A DNA stretch of 64,000 nt, taken from assembly GCA_022653735.1 (NCBI GenBank), contig JALCSU010000002.1:29643-93642 (forward strand), in the 5' to 3' direction. Every line of letters starts with the position of its first letter. The first letter of the stretch is position 1. The position numbers and the translations under genes are program-made. Below are positions 8,235 to 18,660 of this stretch, one piece after another. A model generated the notes under the pieces. It did not search any database, was not told where the DNA came from, and saw only the letters and a program-made list of their open reading frames with translations. This stretch comes from Bacteroidales bacterium. Lineage in GTDB: Bacteria > Bacteroidota > Bacteroidia > Bacteroidales > UBA932.

Positions 8235-11201
8235 TTAGAAGTTCAGTTTTATCCCAAGCGTGTAAGTTCTAGGACGTGGGTAGAAGTTGCCGTCTATCCC
8301 CTGGAAAATTTCCGGATCCAATCCGTCATATCCGGTAATCGTGTAGATGTTCTGCACGGTGCCGTAGATGTTGAGGGCGACGTTGCGTTTCGCTGCCGAG
8401 AACAGCTTCGGGAAAGTGTACCCGATGGTGAAGTTGTCCAGCTTGAAGAATGATGCGTCTCTCACGTAGTAGTCGGTGAGATATTCGGCAGTCTCGAAAT
8501 TCGTCTTCGTGCAAGAAGAGAGCCTGTTGGAGACAAAACTGTTCACCCAGAGGTCAGAAAGGGCTTCGTTGTCGGAAGCTACATTGTAATAGTTCCAGTT
8601 GCCGAAGCTGCCGTGCCCAGAGAGGGCCGCCGTCCACCTCTTGTAGGTGAAGTTGACGTTCATTCCGAGCGTCCAGTCAGGGGATGGCTTGTGGAAGAAA
8701 TATTTGTCATCGGCATCTACGGTACCATCGCCGTTTCGGTCGACGTATTCGCCGAAGATAGGATTGTCATTCTCGTCATATACCTGCTGATAGACGTAGT
8801 AGGCGTAGGCAGGATAGCCAACCTGGTGCATCTGGGCATTATTCCCGGTTCCTCCGGAGATTCCTCCGACGGCAACGCCGGTCTTGTCGCTTGCCGAGGC
8901 TGTCAGCTTGGTGATTTTGTTGCGGTTGTAGGCGACGTTCGCTCCTACCGTCAGGCTCATGTCCGCCTTGCTGATTATGATGCCGTTCACGTCTGCCTCG
9001 AAACCTTTGTTCTCAAGGTCTCCGATGTTGGAGTTCAGGTAGTTCGTGAGATTCGACATGGCAGCGACGGGTATGTAGTTGAGCAGGTCGCTGGTCTTGC
9101 GATAATAGCCATCGACGGAAAGCGTCAGCCTGTCATCGAAGAAGCCGAAGTCTATTCCTGCATTGTAGGTCGTGGTGGTCTCCCACTTGAGGTCGGCGTT
9201 GTAGCCGAGCGCGGTGATAGGATTGACCAGAGTGTTGCCGAAATAATAGTAGCTTCCGATCAGGTTGTTATAATACGTGGCGAATGAAGGGTAGTCTCCC
9301 GCTCCGATGTCTTGCTGGCCGGTCTGTCCCCAGCTTAAGCGAAGCTTCAGCGTGGATATGTCAGGGTCGCTCTTCAAGAAAGACTCGTTCTTCACGTTCC
9401 ATGCGAATGCTACTGAAGGGAACAATCCCCATTTGTGGTTCTGGAACCTGGATGTGCCGTCGCGACGAACCGTGGCCGTGAGAAGGTATCTGCTGTCGTA
9501 GCCATAGTTGGCTCTTCCGAAGAAAGAAATAAGGTAATATTCAGACCGCCCCGGAGTGTTGTCCAGCACGCTGCCGTCGGTGAGCTTATACTGATAGTTC
9601 GTGGATTTGTGCCAGAAATGCTGCCATGAGTAACCGCCCATCAGGTCAACGTGATGCTTTCCGAAATCATGGTTGTAAGCAGCATAGGCTTCGAGAGTCT
9701 GGTCGCGGCGCATGAATGTGTAGTCTGTGTGATAGCCAGACCCGGACTGGGCAGTGCTGTGGTAGGACTGCTCTGAACCCTGCGGGGATTCATTCCAGCC
9801 ATCGCTCTTCGCGAAATCGAGGCCGAGGTTGAGGTTGAACCTCAGGTCTTCGAAGCCATGAAGCTTGTAGTCGAACTGGGCATTCCCGATGAAACGCTTT
9901 ACTGTAGACTGGTCGTCTTTTTCTTCTAGGAGGGCCACCGGGTTCATGGTCGCCATGGTGTTCACGTTTCCGCTGAGGTCGCGCCAGATTGAGTAACCGT
10001 GGTTGCCGGTCGAGCTGGCATCGTAAATTGGACGCGTAGGGTCCATGTGGATTGCTGCCCCTATGGCATCCTGGTTAGCGAACCAGTTCTTGGTATAGAC
10101 TCCTTTCCCGTTCAGATTGACGGTAAGGTGGTTGTCGAAGAATGTCGGGGTAAGGTTGACAGAGAGGGTTCCTCTGTTCATCTTTGAGGTTTTGAGCACG
10201 CCTTCCTGAGACAGATAGCCTCCGGAAATGCGATATGGCAGAGTGAAAGCCTTCCCGGCTGAGAATTTCCCTTTGATGCTCAGGTTTCCCTCGTATGTAG
10301 GCGCGACTTGGTAAATCTCTTTCTGCCAGTCCGTGTCTGACGAGCCAAGAGCTTTATAGGCATCGGAATCGGTTCCAAGCCGATTGGCGATGAGGCTCTT
10401 TATTTCCGATGCGCTCAGTACGTCGACGTAGTCGGAGACGTGGCTGATCGAAGTGGAGAAGCTAGCGTCGATGCTTGGAATGTTGTTTCCCGAACCCTTC
10501 TTGGTGGTGATGACGATTACTCCGTTCGATGCCCTGGAACCGTAGATGGCGGTTGCCGATGCGTCCTTGAGGACAGAGAAGCTTTCAATGTCGTCTGGGT
10601 TGATTGTTGAAAGAGGGTCGGACATTCCGGTGATGCTCTCGTCGCTCACCGGCAGGCCGTCTATTACGATGAGAGGGTTGTTGTTGGCCTTAAGAGAAGA
10701 ACCGCCTCGGATTCGGATGGTGGCGCCGGAACCTGGCTGGCCGTTTCCTGAAGTAACGACTACGCCCGCAGATTTGCCTCTGAGCATGTCCGCTGGCGTG
10801 GAAATCACTCCTTTGTTTATTTCATCGGCTTTCACTGTGGTGACGGAACCTGTCATGTCTGTCTTCTTGACTGTGCCGTAACCGATGACAACGACATCTT
10901 GGAGCATCTCGGTGTCTTCGGCGAGAATTACTTTAGCTGGCACTTGGGATGCCTTGAAGGACTGCGAGACATAGCCAACGCAGCTGAACTGCACTGTGGC
11001 ATTTGCGCTGGAAACATTCAGGACATAATTTCCGTCAAGGTCGGTAGAGACGCCATTGCTGGTGCCCTCTTCCATGACGGTTGCTCCGATCACTGGCCCT
11101 GTGGCATCGACCACCGTGCCTTTGACCTGGTATCCGCCTTGCGCGGACAGAGAAAGGGAAAACGCTAATATTATTCCCAATAGGGTCAATATTCTTTTCA
11201 T
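8235..11201 (-). CDS. susC: SusC TonB-dependent transporter
   Basis: VVVIGYG, IRIRGGSS, VLKDASATAIYGSRASNGVIVITTKKG, KWETT, terminal LNF. Confidence 0.96.
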   Translation of the reverse strand: MKRILTLLGIILAFSLSLSAQGGYQVKGTVVDATGPVIGATVMEEGTSNGVSTDLDGNYVLNVSSANATVQFSCVGYVSQSFKASQVPAKVILAEDTEMLQDVVVIGYGTVKKTDMTGSVTTVKADEINKGVISTPADMLRGKSAGVVVTSGNGQPGSGATIRIRGGSSLKANNNPLIVIDGLPVSDESITGMSDPLSTINPDDIESFSVLKDASATAIYGSRASNGVIVITTKKGSGNNIPSIDASFSTSISHVSDYVDVLSASEIKSLIANRLGTDSDAYKALGSSDTDWQKEIYQVAPTYEGNLSIKGKFSAGKAFTLPYRISGGYLSQEGVLKTSKMNRGTLSVNLTPTFFDNHLTVNLNGKGVYTKNWFANQDAIGAAIHMDPTRPIYDASSTGNHGYSIWRDLSGNVNTMATMNPVALLEEKDDQSTVKRFIGNAQFDYKLHGFEDLRFNLNLGLDFAKSDGWNESPQGSEQSYHSTAQSGSGYHTDYTFMRRDQTLEAYAAYNHDFGKHHVDLMGGYSWQHFWHKSTNYQYKLTDGSVLDNTPGRSEYYLISFFGRANYGYDSRYLLTATVRRDGTSRFQNHKWGLFPSVAFAWNVKNESFLKSDPDISTLKLRLSWGQTGQQDIGAGDYPSFATYYNNLIGSYYYFGNTLVNPITALGYNADLKWETTTTYNAGIDFGFFDDRLTLSVDGYYRKTSDLLNYIPVAAMSNLTNYLNSNIGDLENKGFEADVNGIIISKADMSLTVGANVAYNRNKITKLTASASDKTGVAVGGISGGTGNNAQMHQVGYPAYAYYVYQQVYDENDNPIFGEYVDRNGDGTVDADDKYFFHKPSPDWTLGMNVNFTYKRWTAALSGHGSFGNWNYYNVASDNEALSDLWVNSFVSNRLSSCTKTNFETAEYLTDYYVRDASFFKLDNFTIGYTFPKLFSAAKRNVALNIYGTVQNIYTITGYDGLDPEIFQGIDGNFYPRPRTYTLGIKLNF

Positions 11202-11230
11202 TAGATTAAGAATTAATTATTAACATATGA

Positions 11231-12610
11231 TTAGTCATTGTATTTCTTGTCGCTCACGAAGTGAACGGAGATTGAAGCCAGAAGCATGAACAAGCCTGCG
11301 ATTAGGAATATTCCTGCGGCTATCCTGCTCTCTGCCAATGCCTTGGCGGATGCGTCGCCGGCGATGGACTGGAAATACCCAGCGCCGAACGCAATTTTCT
11401 TGATCAGAGAGACCAGCAGGCCTCCGCATAACCCCATGCAAATCTGAGGGATGGTAACCGTGAAATTGAATATTCCCATGTAGGCACCTGCGCTGCGAGC
11501 ATCTATGGTCCTGGAGAATATTGAATATGGCATAGCGAGAATACCAGCCCAAGCCACGCCTATGAACAGCATCGCGATCGCCATTAGGGCCTTGGAGCCG
11601 GTAAGCGCCAGTAGAGAATATCCTATGGCACCTGATAACAGGCAAATCGCATAGATAGGCTTGTTGCCGAATTTTTTTGCTAGGCCTGTCAGAACCAAAG
11701 AGATTACGCAGGCTGAAACTGGATATATGGCGTTCAGCACGCCAGTCCAAGTCTGAGCCTGTCCGACGTTCACTGCCCCGTCCACCACGTAGGCCTTCGT
11801 CACTAGCGGCTGTAGATAATTCCACATTAGGAACAATGCCGCCCACGAGAAGAACTGGGTGACGCCCAGCTGCCAGTAAGTCTTAGGCGCATGCTTCACC
11901 AGATGCCAGAATGATGGCTTTTCCTCTGCCTCGGTAACTTCCGCTGCGTTATATTCATTAAATTCCTTAGGAGGATATTCTTTCACTTTGAATATGGTGA
12001 CCAGCACCGAAAGAAGCAGAATGCCTGCTCCCGCGTAGTAGGAATATGCGATGTGCTTCATTGCCTGCCCTGGAATCTCTGCATCGGAGACCCCGAAGCC
12101 TTTGCTCATGATCAGTGGCAGCAGGGCTCCTATTATTGAACCTAGGTTTATTAGGAATGTCTGCACCACGAAGCCTTCGGTTTTCTGTGAATCGTCCAGC
12201 ATGTCGGTAACCAGCGCCCTGAAAGGCTGCATGGTTATGTTGAAGGACAGGTCCATGAATAGGAACACGATCGCGCCCATCACCAGAGGGGCGAATGCGA
12301 GAAGCTTAGGGCAGTTAGGCATCAGGCACAACGCGAGCGTGGAGATGACGGCTCCGGCGAGGATGTATGGCTTGCGCCTTCCTAGCCTGGTCCATGTCTG
12401 ATCGGAGAACATGCCGATGATCGGCTGGACGACGAGGCCTGCGATTGGCGCCAGAAGCCAGAAATAGCTTAGGCTGGAAAGGTCTGCGCCGAAAGATTTC
12501 AGCATCCCTGAGGTGTTGGAATTCTGAAGAGAATACCCAATCTGCACGCCCAGGAAGCCGAAACTCAAGTTCCAGATCTGCCAGAATGTCAATTTTGGTT
12601 TGCGATTCAT
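11231..12610 (-). CDS. MFS (SLC45/GPH-like) maltose/maltodextrin transporter
   Basis: QIWNLSFGFLGVQ, QPIIG..SD..WTRLGRRKPY, MQPFRALV motifs; about 12 hydrophobic segments. Confidence 0.88.
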   Translation of the reverse strand: MNRKPKLTFWQIWNLSFGFLGVQIGYSLQNSNTSGMLKSFGADLSSLSYFWLLAPIAGLVVQPIIGMFSDQTWTRLGRRKPYILAGAVISTLALCLMPNCPKLLAFAPLVMGAIVFLFMDLSFNITMQPFRALVTDMLDDSQKTEGFVVQTFLINLGSIIGALLPLIMSKGFGVSDAEIPGQAMKHIAYSYYAGAGILLLSVLVTIFKVKEYPPKEFNEYNAAEVTEAEEKPSFWHLVKHAPKTYWQLGVTQFFSWAALFLMWNYLQPLVTKAYVVDGAVNVGQAQTWTGVLNAIYPVSACVISLVLTGLAKKFGNKPIYAICLLSGAIGYSLLALTGSKALMAIAMLFIGVAWAGILAMPYSIFSRTIDARSAGAYMGIFNFTVTIPQICMGLCGGLLVSLIKKIAFGAGYFQSIAGDASAKALAESRIAAGIFLIAGLFMLLASISVHFVSDKKYND

Positions 12611-12648
12611 GGTATCAATGCTACTAATTTGTAGTTTGTAAATCGTTT

Positions 12649-12739
12649 CAAAAATATCTTATTGGTTTTGAAAAAAATCATCTTTTCCGCCGACTGTCGC
12701 AAAAAACTGGATGAATGGTTCGAAATTCCGGACGAACGA
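12649..12739 (-). promoter_or_regulatory. Promoter of the MFS-sus operon with three LytTR-type direct repeats
   Basis: Minus-strand TATTTTTG at 12649-12656; related 10-mers CCGCCGACTG, TGGATGAATG, CGGACGAACG at 12687, 12708, 12729 (21-bp period). Confidence 0.55.
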
Positions 12740-12784
12740 AATTGTTCTTAAAACCATTCAGAATGTTATATTTGTAAAGTGAAT

Positions 12785-14224
12785 ATGCACTCGGAACATA
12801 AAATAACAAGCATATCCTGGATCATCAATGGATTCGCCGTCTTGCACTGCCTGACGACTCTTTTCTGCCATGCGATGAGGATATCGGACACCATGTTGCT
12901 GACCCTGCTCACCATGGTGATGACTTTATTGATATGCCTTAGGGAGCGTCAGAGCATAGAACTCTCAGCAGTCTTCATCATATTGGTGAATATAATAGGT
13001 TACGCTATCGGGGCAGGGCTTCAGATGATGTTCAGGAATGCGTTGGGTTTCAGCGGCATGTTGAACCCGGCAGTGTCTACCTTGATCACCACGGAATTGC
13101 TAGGATGGACTCTGCTTGCTTTCATCCGTCGTTTCAGCAGGGTCCAGGAGACAGAGGAGGATCCGGAATATTTCGACGCTTCCCTGAAATGGATGATCAC
13201 AGCCGTCGTCGTCATATTCATATTGCGATTTTTCATCACGGCGGTTTTCTCGACGAATCTTTTCCTTGAGCACGACGTGAAGGATGTCGTGTCGGACTTC
13301 TTCGACAATTCCATAGTGCTCATCCTGCTGATAGCATTGAGCATATTCACGCAATATGTTTACAGGAAGTTCCTGTCAGGCTGGAACATTCTGCTCCGAT
13401 GGCTCTTCGTCGGGCTGGCATTCATGGCCACCTCAGCCCTTTCCGCCCTCATAGTGGAACTGGATTTGCCGATGCATTTCAATCTTCCGCTGGAGCCAAG
13501 GTATTTCGAGGAGCTGATGTTCATATCATTAATCGTGAATGTCTGCATAAACCTGATTGTCTTCGTAATCGGGTACGTCGTGAGCGCCAGGCGTTCGATG
13601 GAGAATGAAAGGAATAAGGCTAATATGGCTCAGTTCCAATACATTAAGCTTAAGCAGCAGATCAATCCCCATTTCCTGTTCAATTCGCTTAACGTGCTGG
13701 ATGCCTTGGTCTGCGATGGCAGGGACGAAGAAGCGAGTGCCTACATCCACAGACTGTCAGGAATGTACAGGTACATGCTGAACAATGACTCCCGTACCCT
13801 TGTAAGATTAAAAGACGAGCTTGAGTACACCAAGATGTACGTTGAGATGATGAAAATCAGGTTTGAAGATGGCTTGGACGTGAATATCGATGTTCCGGAC
13901 AAGGCTATGGAAAAGTACGTGGTGCCGGCCTCTGTGCAGCTGCTGGTCGAAAATGCCACGAAACACAACGCAGTCTCGTCAAGCCGTCCGCTCAAAATCG
14001 TCATCTCATCGGACGGCCGTTCCTTAACTGTGAGAAATAACCTTAACCCTAAGTTCACCATTGTCTAGTCGACCGGCATCGGACAGAAATATATCCGTCA
14101 GCAATATTTGGATGCTTGCGGAAAAAATATTAAAATTGAAAAGACTGACAATGAATATGCAGTCGTGCTGCCCCTGATTGAGCAGAATCTAATCCCAGTC
14201 GGGGATGTCGCTAAAACTGATTAA
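12785..14224 (+). pseudogene. LytS/YehU-type membrane sensor histidine kinase interrupted by an in-frame TAG at 14066-14068
   Basis: Multi-TM N-terminus, LKQQINPHFLFNSLN H-box, QLLVENATKHN N-box; frame continues past TAG as STGIGQKYIRQQYL...VVLPLI to TAA 14222-14224, 2 nt before the regulator ATG. Confidence 0.8.
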
Positions 14225-14226
14225 TA

Positions 14227-14982
14227 ATGAGAACACTTATCATAGAGGATGAGCCTCTGGCTAGGAGGAGACTGGTGAAATTGCTGAACGATAATTTCAA
14301 GGACATTGAGATTGTCGGACAGGAAGATTCAGTGGCAGGGTCCATAGCTTGGCTGAAACGAAATCCTGATGGCTGTGATGTCATATTCATGGACGTCGAG
14401 CTTTCGGACGGAGAATGTTTCGAGATTTTCAACGCCGTGACCATTGGCGCCCAGGTGATAATGACCACGGCTTATGACAGTTATGCCGTAAAAGCGTTCG
14501 AAGTGAATTCTATAGATTATCTGCTGAAGCCCGTGGATCTCAATTTGCTGGAGAGAGCCGTTTCCAGGTGCAGGGAGAGGCTTTCCGCAGGAGCGCTCAG
14601 CCGTGGTTCTGTGGCAGGGAACCCTTTCCGAGAGCCGAAAATGTACAAGGAACGCTACCTGATAAGGACTAACAGCAGGATAGTCCCTGTCAAGGTTTCC
14701 GAAATAGCGTATTTCTTTTCCGCCAATAAAGGCACCTGGCTTACGAATAAGGCAGGGGAGAGTTACGTCATAAATCCTTCGCTGGACGAGATTTCTGAAA
14801 ACCTGAACCATGATGTATTCTTCCGGGTTTCGAGGAACTGCCTCGTTGCGAAAGATGCGATCAGCGGCATAATCAAGCTGTCCGGCAGCCGTCTCAGGCT
14901 GAATGTCGAGCCTGCGCCGAAGTTCCCTATAGAGGTCAGCCGCACCCGCGTTGATGATTTTTTGAAATGGATGGAAGAATAA
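14227..14982 (+). CDS. LytTR-family response regulator
   Basis: IIEDE, FMDVEL, TTAYD, DYLLKP receiver domain; FFRVSRN..VSR LytTR domain. Confidence 0.93.
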   Translation: MRTLIIEDEPLARRRLVKLLNDNFKDIEIVGQEDSVAGSIAWLKRNPDGCDVIFMDVELSDGECFEIFNAVTIGAQVIMTTAYDSYAVKAFEVNSIDYLLKPVDLNLLERAVSRCRERLSAGALSRGSVAGNPFREPKMYKERYLIRTNSRIVPVKVSEIAYFFSANKGTWLTNKAGESYVINPSLDEISENLNHDVFFRVSRNCLVAKDAISGIIKLSGSRLRLNVEPAPKFPIEVSRTRVDDFLKWMEE

Positions 14983-16253
14983 GCAATGGTGACGCTAAGA
15001 AGTCACAGCAGAGGCACAAGAATATGGTTGCGAACAAGAGTCGTGGCACTAGGCCGGAACTCTTATTCGGAAAGTTGTTGTGGAATGCAGGGGTGAGATA
15101 CCGCAAAAATGACCACGGAGTGAAGGGCACTCCAGATTTCACGGTCAGGAAGTACCGTGTGGCTATTTTCTGCGACGGGGAGTTCTGGCATGGTCGCAAT
15201 TGGGAGACACGGAAAAAAGGCATCAAAAGCAACAGGGATTACTGGTACCCAAAGATAGATAGGAACATAAAGAGGGATAAGGAGATAAATTCGGAGCTGG
15301 GCAAAGGCGGATGGAAGGTTTTCAGGTTCTGGGAATCTGAGTTGAAGAATGACACGGAGCGCTGCCTGAACGAGGTTATTGAATATATCTCTTGCTGCCG
15401 AAATTCTGGCAAAGGGCTGTCTCTTGCCAAAACTGGAAGCTCGCTCAAGGTGCTAGCTGGAATTAAAGATGTGTCTGAGATGGCGAAGGAGAACGAGAGG
15501 CTTGCTGCCATGAGCTTCAACGGCATCCTCGCCGAACCTGGAGTGAAGTATTCATCAAGCCCGAAATTCTCTTTTGCTGACATATTCACAGGCATTGGAA
15601 CATTCTCGCTGGCTCTTTGCAGCCTTGGCGGGAAGTGCGTTTTTGCCAGCGAGCCTGATGCAGTCGCCAAGAAAATTTACTACGAGAATTTCGGCGCAGT
15701 GCCATTCGATTCCGTGCTCAACAAAGAAGTAAGGCGATATATTCCTGAATATTTCGACGTGCTTTGCGCATCCTTGCCTTGCCAGGCTTTCCCGCTGGCT
15801 GGGAAGAGGCCGTCTCTGGAGGGCTGCAGGGGCACTTATTTTTACGAGGTCGCCAAAATCATTAATGAGAAGCGGCCTAAAGCATTCATCTTGGCCTTTG
15901 ATAGGAATATGCTGACTCGCTCTCACGGGAAAGCTATCCAGACGGTCAGGAATGTGCTCTCTGGCGAGGGAGGCTACTCCGTTCCTGAAGCATTGCGGCT
16001 TGCCGGCCAGCCCCAGGATGTGCCGACGTCACTTGGCTGCCGGATTGAACCACTCAGGAATGTTTTTGTCTATGGTTTCCGTAATGGCTTGAACGTAAAT
16101 GAGTTCAAATTGATTGATGCTGCCCATGATCTTCCAGGCACATTCAAGCTGAATATTACGAAAACCGAATGCAGAAGACTCCATCGAGTATCTGTCTGCT
16201 ACGCCCAAGCCATGTCACTGGCCAGCGCAGTTCTAGGCGAATTGAAATTTTAG
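14967..16253 (+). CDS. Vsr very-short-patch endonuclease fused to a degenerate C5 DNA methyltransferase domain
   Basis: N-terminal TRPE, GTPDF, FCDGEFWHG, NIKRD, GWKVFRFWE (Vsr); C-terminal DIFTGIG and PCQAF (MTase motifs I and IV). Confidence 0.8.
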   Translation: MDGRISNGDAKKSQQRHKNMVANKSRGTRPELLFGKLLWNAGVRYRKNDHGVKGTPDFTVRKYRVAIFCDGEFWHGRNWETRKKGIKSNRDYWYPKIDRNIKRDKEINSELGKGGWKVFRFWESELKNDTERCLNEVIEYISCCRNSGKGLSLAKTGSSLKVLAGIKDVSEMAKENERLAAMSFNGILAEPGVKYSSSPKFSFADIFTGIGTFSLALCSLGGKCVFASEPDAVAKKIYYENFGAVPFDSVLNKEVRRYIPEYFDVLCASLPCQAFPLAGKRPSLEGCRGTYFYEVAKIINEKRPKAFILAFDRNMLTRSHGKAIQTVRNVLSGEGGYSVPEALRLAGQPQDVPTSLGCRIEPLRNVFVYGFRNGLNVNEFKLIDAAHDLPGTFKLNITKTECRRLHRVSVCYAQAMSLASAVLGELKF

Positions 16254-16343
16254 CCGCAGAGAGGTCGTCGGGGTGAGATATTTGCCTTGGATTCCAATTA
16301 GCAAAATATTGTTTATATTTACGAGGCTAAAATAGCTGTATTT

Positions 16344-17489
16344 ATGAAAAGGTTGATTTCTATGGTTTGGGGAGTGTTATTGAGCGCCATTCTGCTTTCA
16401 GTGTCAGGCGGAATGGCGATGGCTCAGACCCCTCAAGAACAATATATCAAGAAATGGGCTCCCACGGCCGTGAAGGAAATGTATCGCAGCGGGGTGCCGG
16501 CTAGCATCACGCTTGCGCAGGGGCTTCTGGAATCCCGCTGGGGGCAGTCTGCTTTGGCTGCCGAGGGAAACAACCATTTCGGAATCAAGTGCCACAATGA
16601 CTGGAAGGGGAAAACCATGAAGGTTGACGATGATGCTAAAGGGGAGTGCTTCAGAGTTTACGATTCCGCAGAAGAGTCTTTTCAAGATCACTCTGATTTC
16701 CTGCGTTACCGAGACCGCTATAAATTCCTTTTCGACCTGAAGCCGACCGACTACAAAGGCTGGGCTTATGGACTGAAAAAAGCGGGCTATGCCACTGCTC
16801 CTACTTATGCCGAGTCGCTGATAAAATACATTGAGAAGTACAAGCTTTATGAATATGACACCCTGACGGCAGCGGAGGCGGAGGCATTGGCGAATAGTTA
16901 CGAGGAATCTGTGGACGTGAAGGGTTCTGGCAGTACCGTGAAGCCGTCAAAGAGCAGTTCCGGCAAAGTCTCAAGCACTAAATCTTCAAGGGCGGCAAGA
17001 CGTGCTGCGAGACGATCCAAGAAGCATTCAAGCCAGAATGAAGAAATCGATTACGGTCATCTTCCGGCATCGCCTCTGTCCATCGAGGAACCAAAGAAAA
17101 TTACCAGCGGAAGGTACGAAGAAGTGCAATTCTCCCTGCACCGCGAGGCCTATTCTAAGAACGGAGTGCCATTCGTGACTTCGATCGACGACGAGACATA
17201 TTCCAGCATAGCAAAGTCTTATGACTTGACGCTCAGGGAAATACTGCGCTTCAATGACTTGAGTGGCGAGCGGGAACTGAAGCCTGGTACCATCGTTTAT
17301 TTGCAGGCAAAGAAGAATAGGTCCGAGAAAGGGCTTGATAAATACATCGTGGGCTCTGACGAGGAGTCTCTCTGGGGCATCTGCCAGAGGTTCGGCGTGA
17401 AGATGTCGAGCGTCTGCAAGATGAACGGCTTCGATGAAAATTACCAGCCTCGCGAGGGGGACACGATTGTGCTTCGCGGGAAAAAATAA
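16344..17489 (+). CDS. GH73 glucosaminidase/peptidoglycan hydrolase with LysM domains
   Basis: PASITLAQGLLES, NNHFGIKC, AGYAT; two C-terminal LysM-like repeats. Confidence 0.9.
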   Translation: MKRLISMVWGVLLSAILLSVSGGMAMAQTPQEQYIKKWAPTAVKEMYRSGVPASITLAQGLLESRWGQSALAAEGNNHFGIKCHNDWKGKTMKVDDDAKGECFRVYDSAEESFQDHSDFLRYRDRYKFLFDLKPTDYKGWAYGLKKAGYATAPTYAESLIKYIEKYKLYEYDTLTAAEAEALANSYEESVDVKGSGSTVKPSKSSSGKVSSTKSSRAARRAARRSKKHSSQNEEIDYGHLPASPLSIEEPKKITSGRYEEVQFSLHREAYSKNGVPFVTSIDDETYSSIAKSYDLTLREILRFNDLSGERELKPGTIVYLQAKKNRSEKGLDKYIVGSDEESLWGICQRFGVKMSSVCKMNGFDENYQPREGDTIVLRGKK

Positions 17490-17498
17490 AAGATATTC

Positions 17499-18527
17499 AT
17501 GAATATGAAAAAGTGGCTTCTGGCACTCCTCATTGCTTTATTTGCCGCTGCAATTGCAGTTGGCGCAGTGGCTTTGCGCTTTTACGCTGATAACAGAAAG
17601 CCGAATTTCAGGTATTCGAAGGACATTTTCGTCTATCCCCAGACCACTCCACGGCAGATTCTGGAAAGCATCCCCGATAGCATTGTCATTAATAAGAAGA
17701 GCTTGGAAAGGGTTTTCGATAAATATCTTGCGGATGAAGAATTGAAGCCAGGTCATTATGTGATTGAGAAAGGGAAGCCTAGCATTTACGTGGCGAGGAT
17801 GCTGAAATCAGGCTGGCAGACGCCGGTGAATCTGGTTCTTTCTGGTACCATGAGGCTGAAAGGAAAGATAGCGAAGAAAATATCGAACCAGATGATGCTC
17901 GACTCGGCTGCCGTCTATAAGGCATTGACTGACAGCGTGTTTTTGTCGCATTATGGTTTCACTCCGCGAAATGTTTTCTCGCTCATCATCCCAGCTACCT
18001 ACGAAGTATATTGGACAGAATCCATCGAGACTATATTCAGTAAATTCAAAGATGCCTACGATGCCTTCTGGACGAAGGATAACCTGCGAAAAGCTGAGGC
18101 TCAAGGACTTACGAAGGAGGAAGTTTCAATATTGGCGTCAATCGTGAAAGGGGAGTCGAACTATGAGCCGGAATATCCCGCCATCGCCGGCGTTTACCTG
18201 AACCGGCTGCATTCGGGAATGAGGCTCCAGGCCGACCCTACCGTCGCATTTTGCTTCGATTACAGCATCAATCGAATACTACTCAAACACATAGAAATAG
18301 ATTCTCCCTACAATACTTACAAACATGAAGGGCTGCCTCCTGGGCCTATCTGCATTCCCGACAAACCTGCCTTGAATGCCGTCCTCAATCCAGACCTGCA
18401 TGGAGACCTGTATTTCTGCGCAAGCCCCGCCCTGGATGGCACTCACAAGTTCGCCAAGTCCCTGAGCGAGCACAATGCCAACGCCAGGGAGTTCCACAGA
18501 GCCATTTCAGCCTCCCGCGCCAGATAG
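17499..18527 (+). CDS. mltG: Endolytic transglycosylase MltG
   Basis: N-terminal TM, LASIVKGE, VYLNRL, LQADPT, SPYNTY..GLPPGPI. Confidence 0.93.
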   Translation: MNMKKWLLALLIALFAAAIAVGAVALRFYADNRKPNFRYSKDIFVYPQTTPRQILESIPDSIVINKKSLERVFDKYLADEELKPGHYVIEKGKPSIYVARMLKSGWQTPVNLVLSGTMRLKGKIAKKISNQMMLDSAAVYKALTDSVFLSHYGFTPRNVFSLIIPATYEVYWTESIETIFSKFKDAYDAFWTKDNLRKAEAQGLTKEEVSILASIVKGESNYEPEYPAIAGVYLNRLHSGMRLQADPTVAFCFDYSINRILLKHIEIDSPYNTYKHEGLPPGPICIPDKPALNAVLNPDLHGDLYFCASPALDGTHKFAKSLSEHNANAREFHRAISASRAR

Positions 18528-18660
18528 CTTTGCGCCGTCCGTAAACACGCTTAATTCGCCAAAAATGCCAGCTGACATAAGCGGCCAGCCCTATCAAGGG
18601 ATGATATGATAATGAATCTGTCCATGGCAATGCATATTTAGCGAAATCCATACTATCTGC

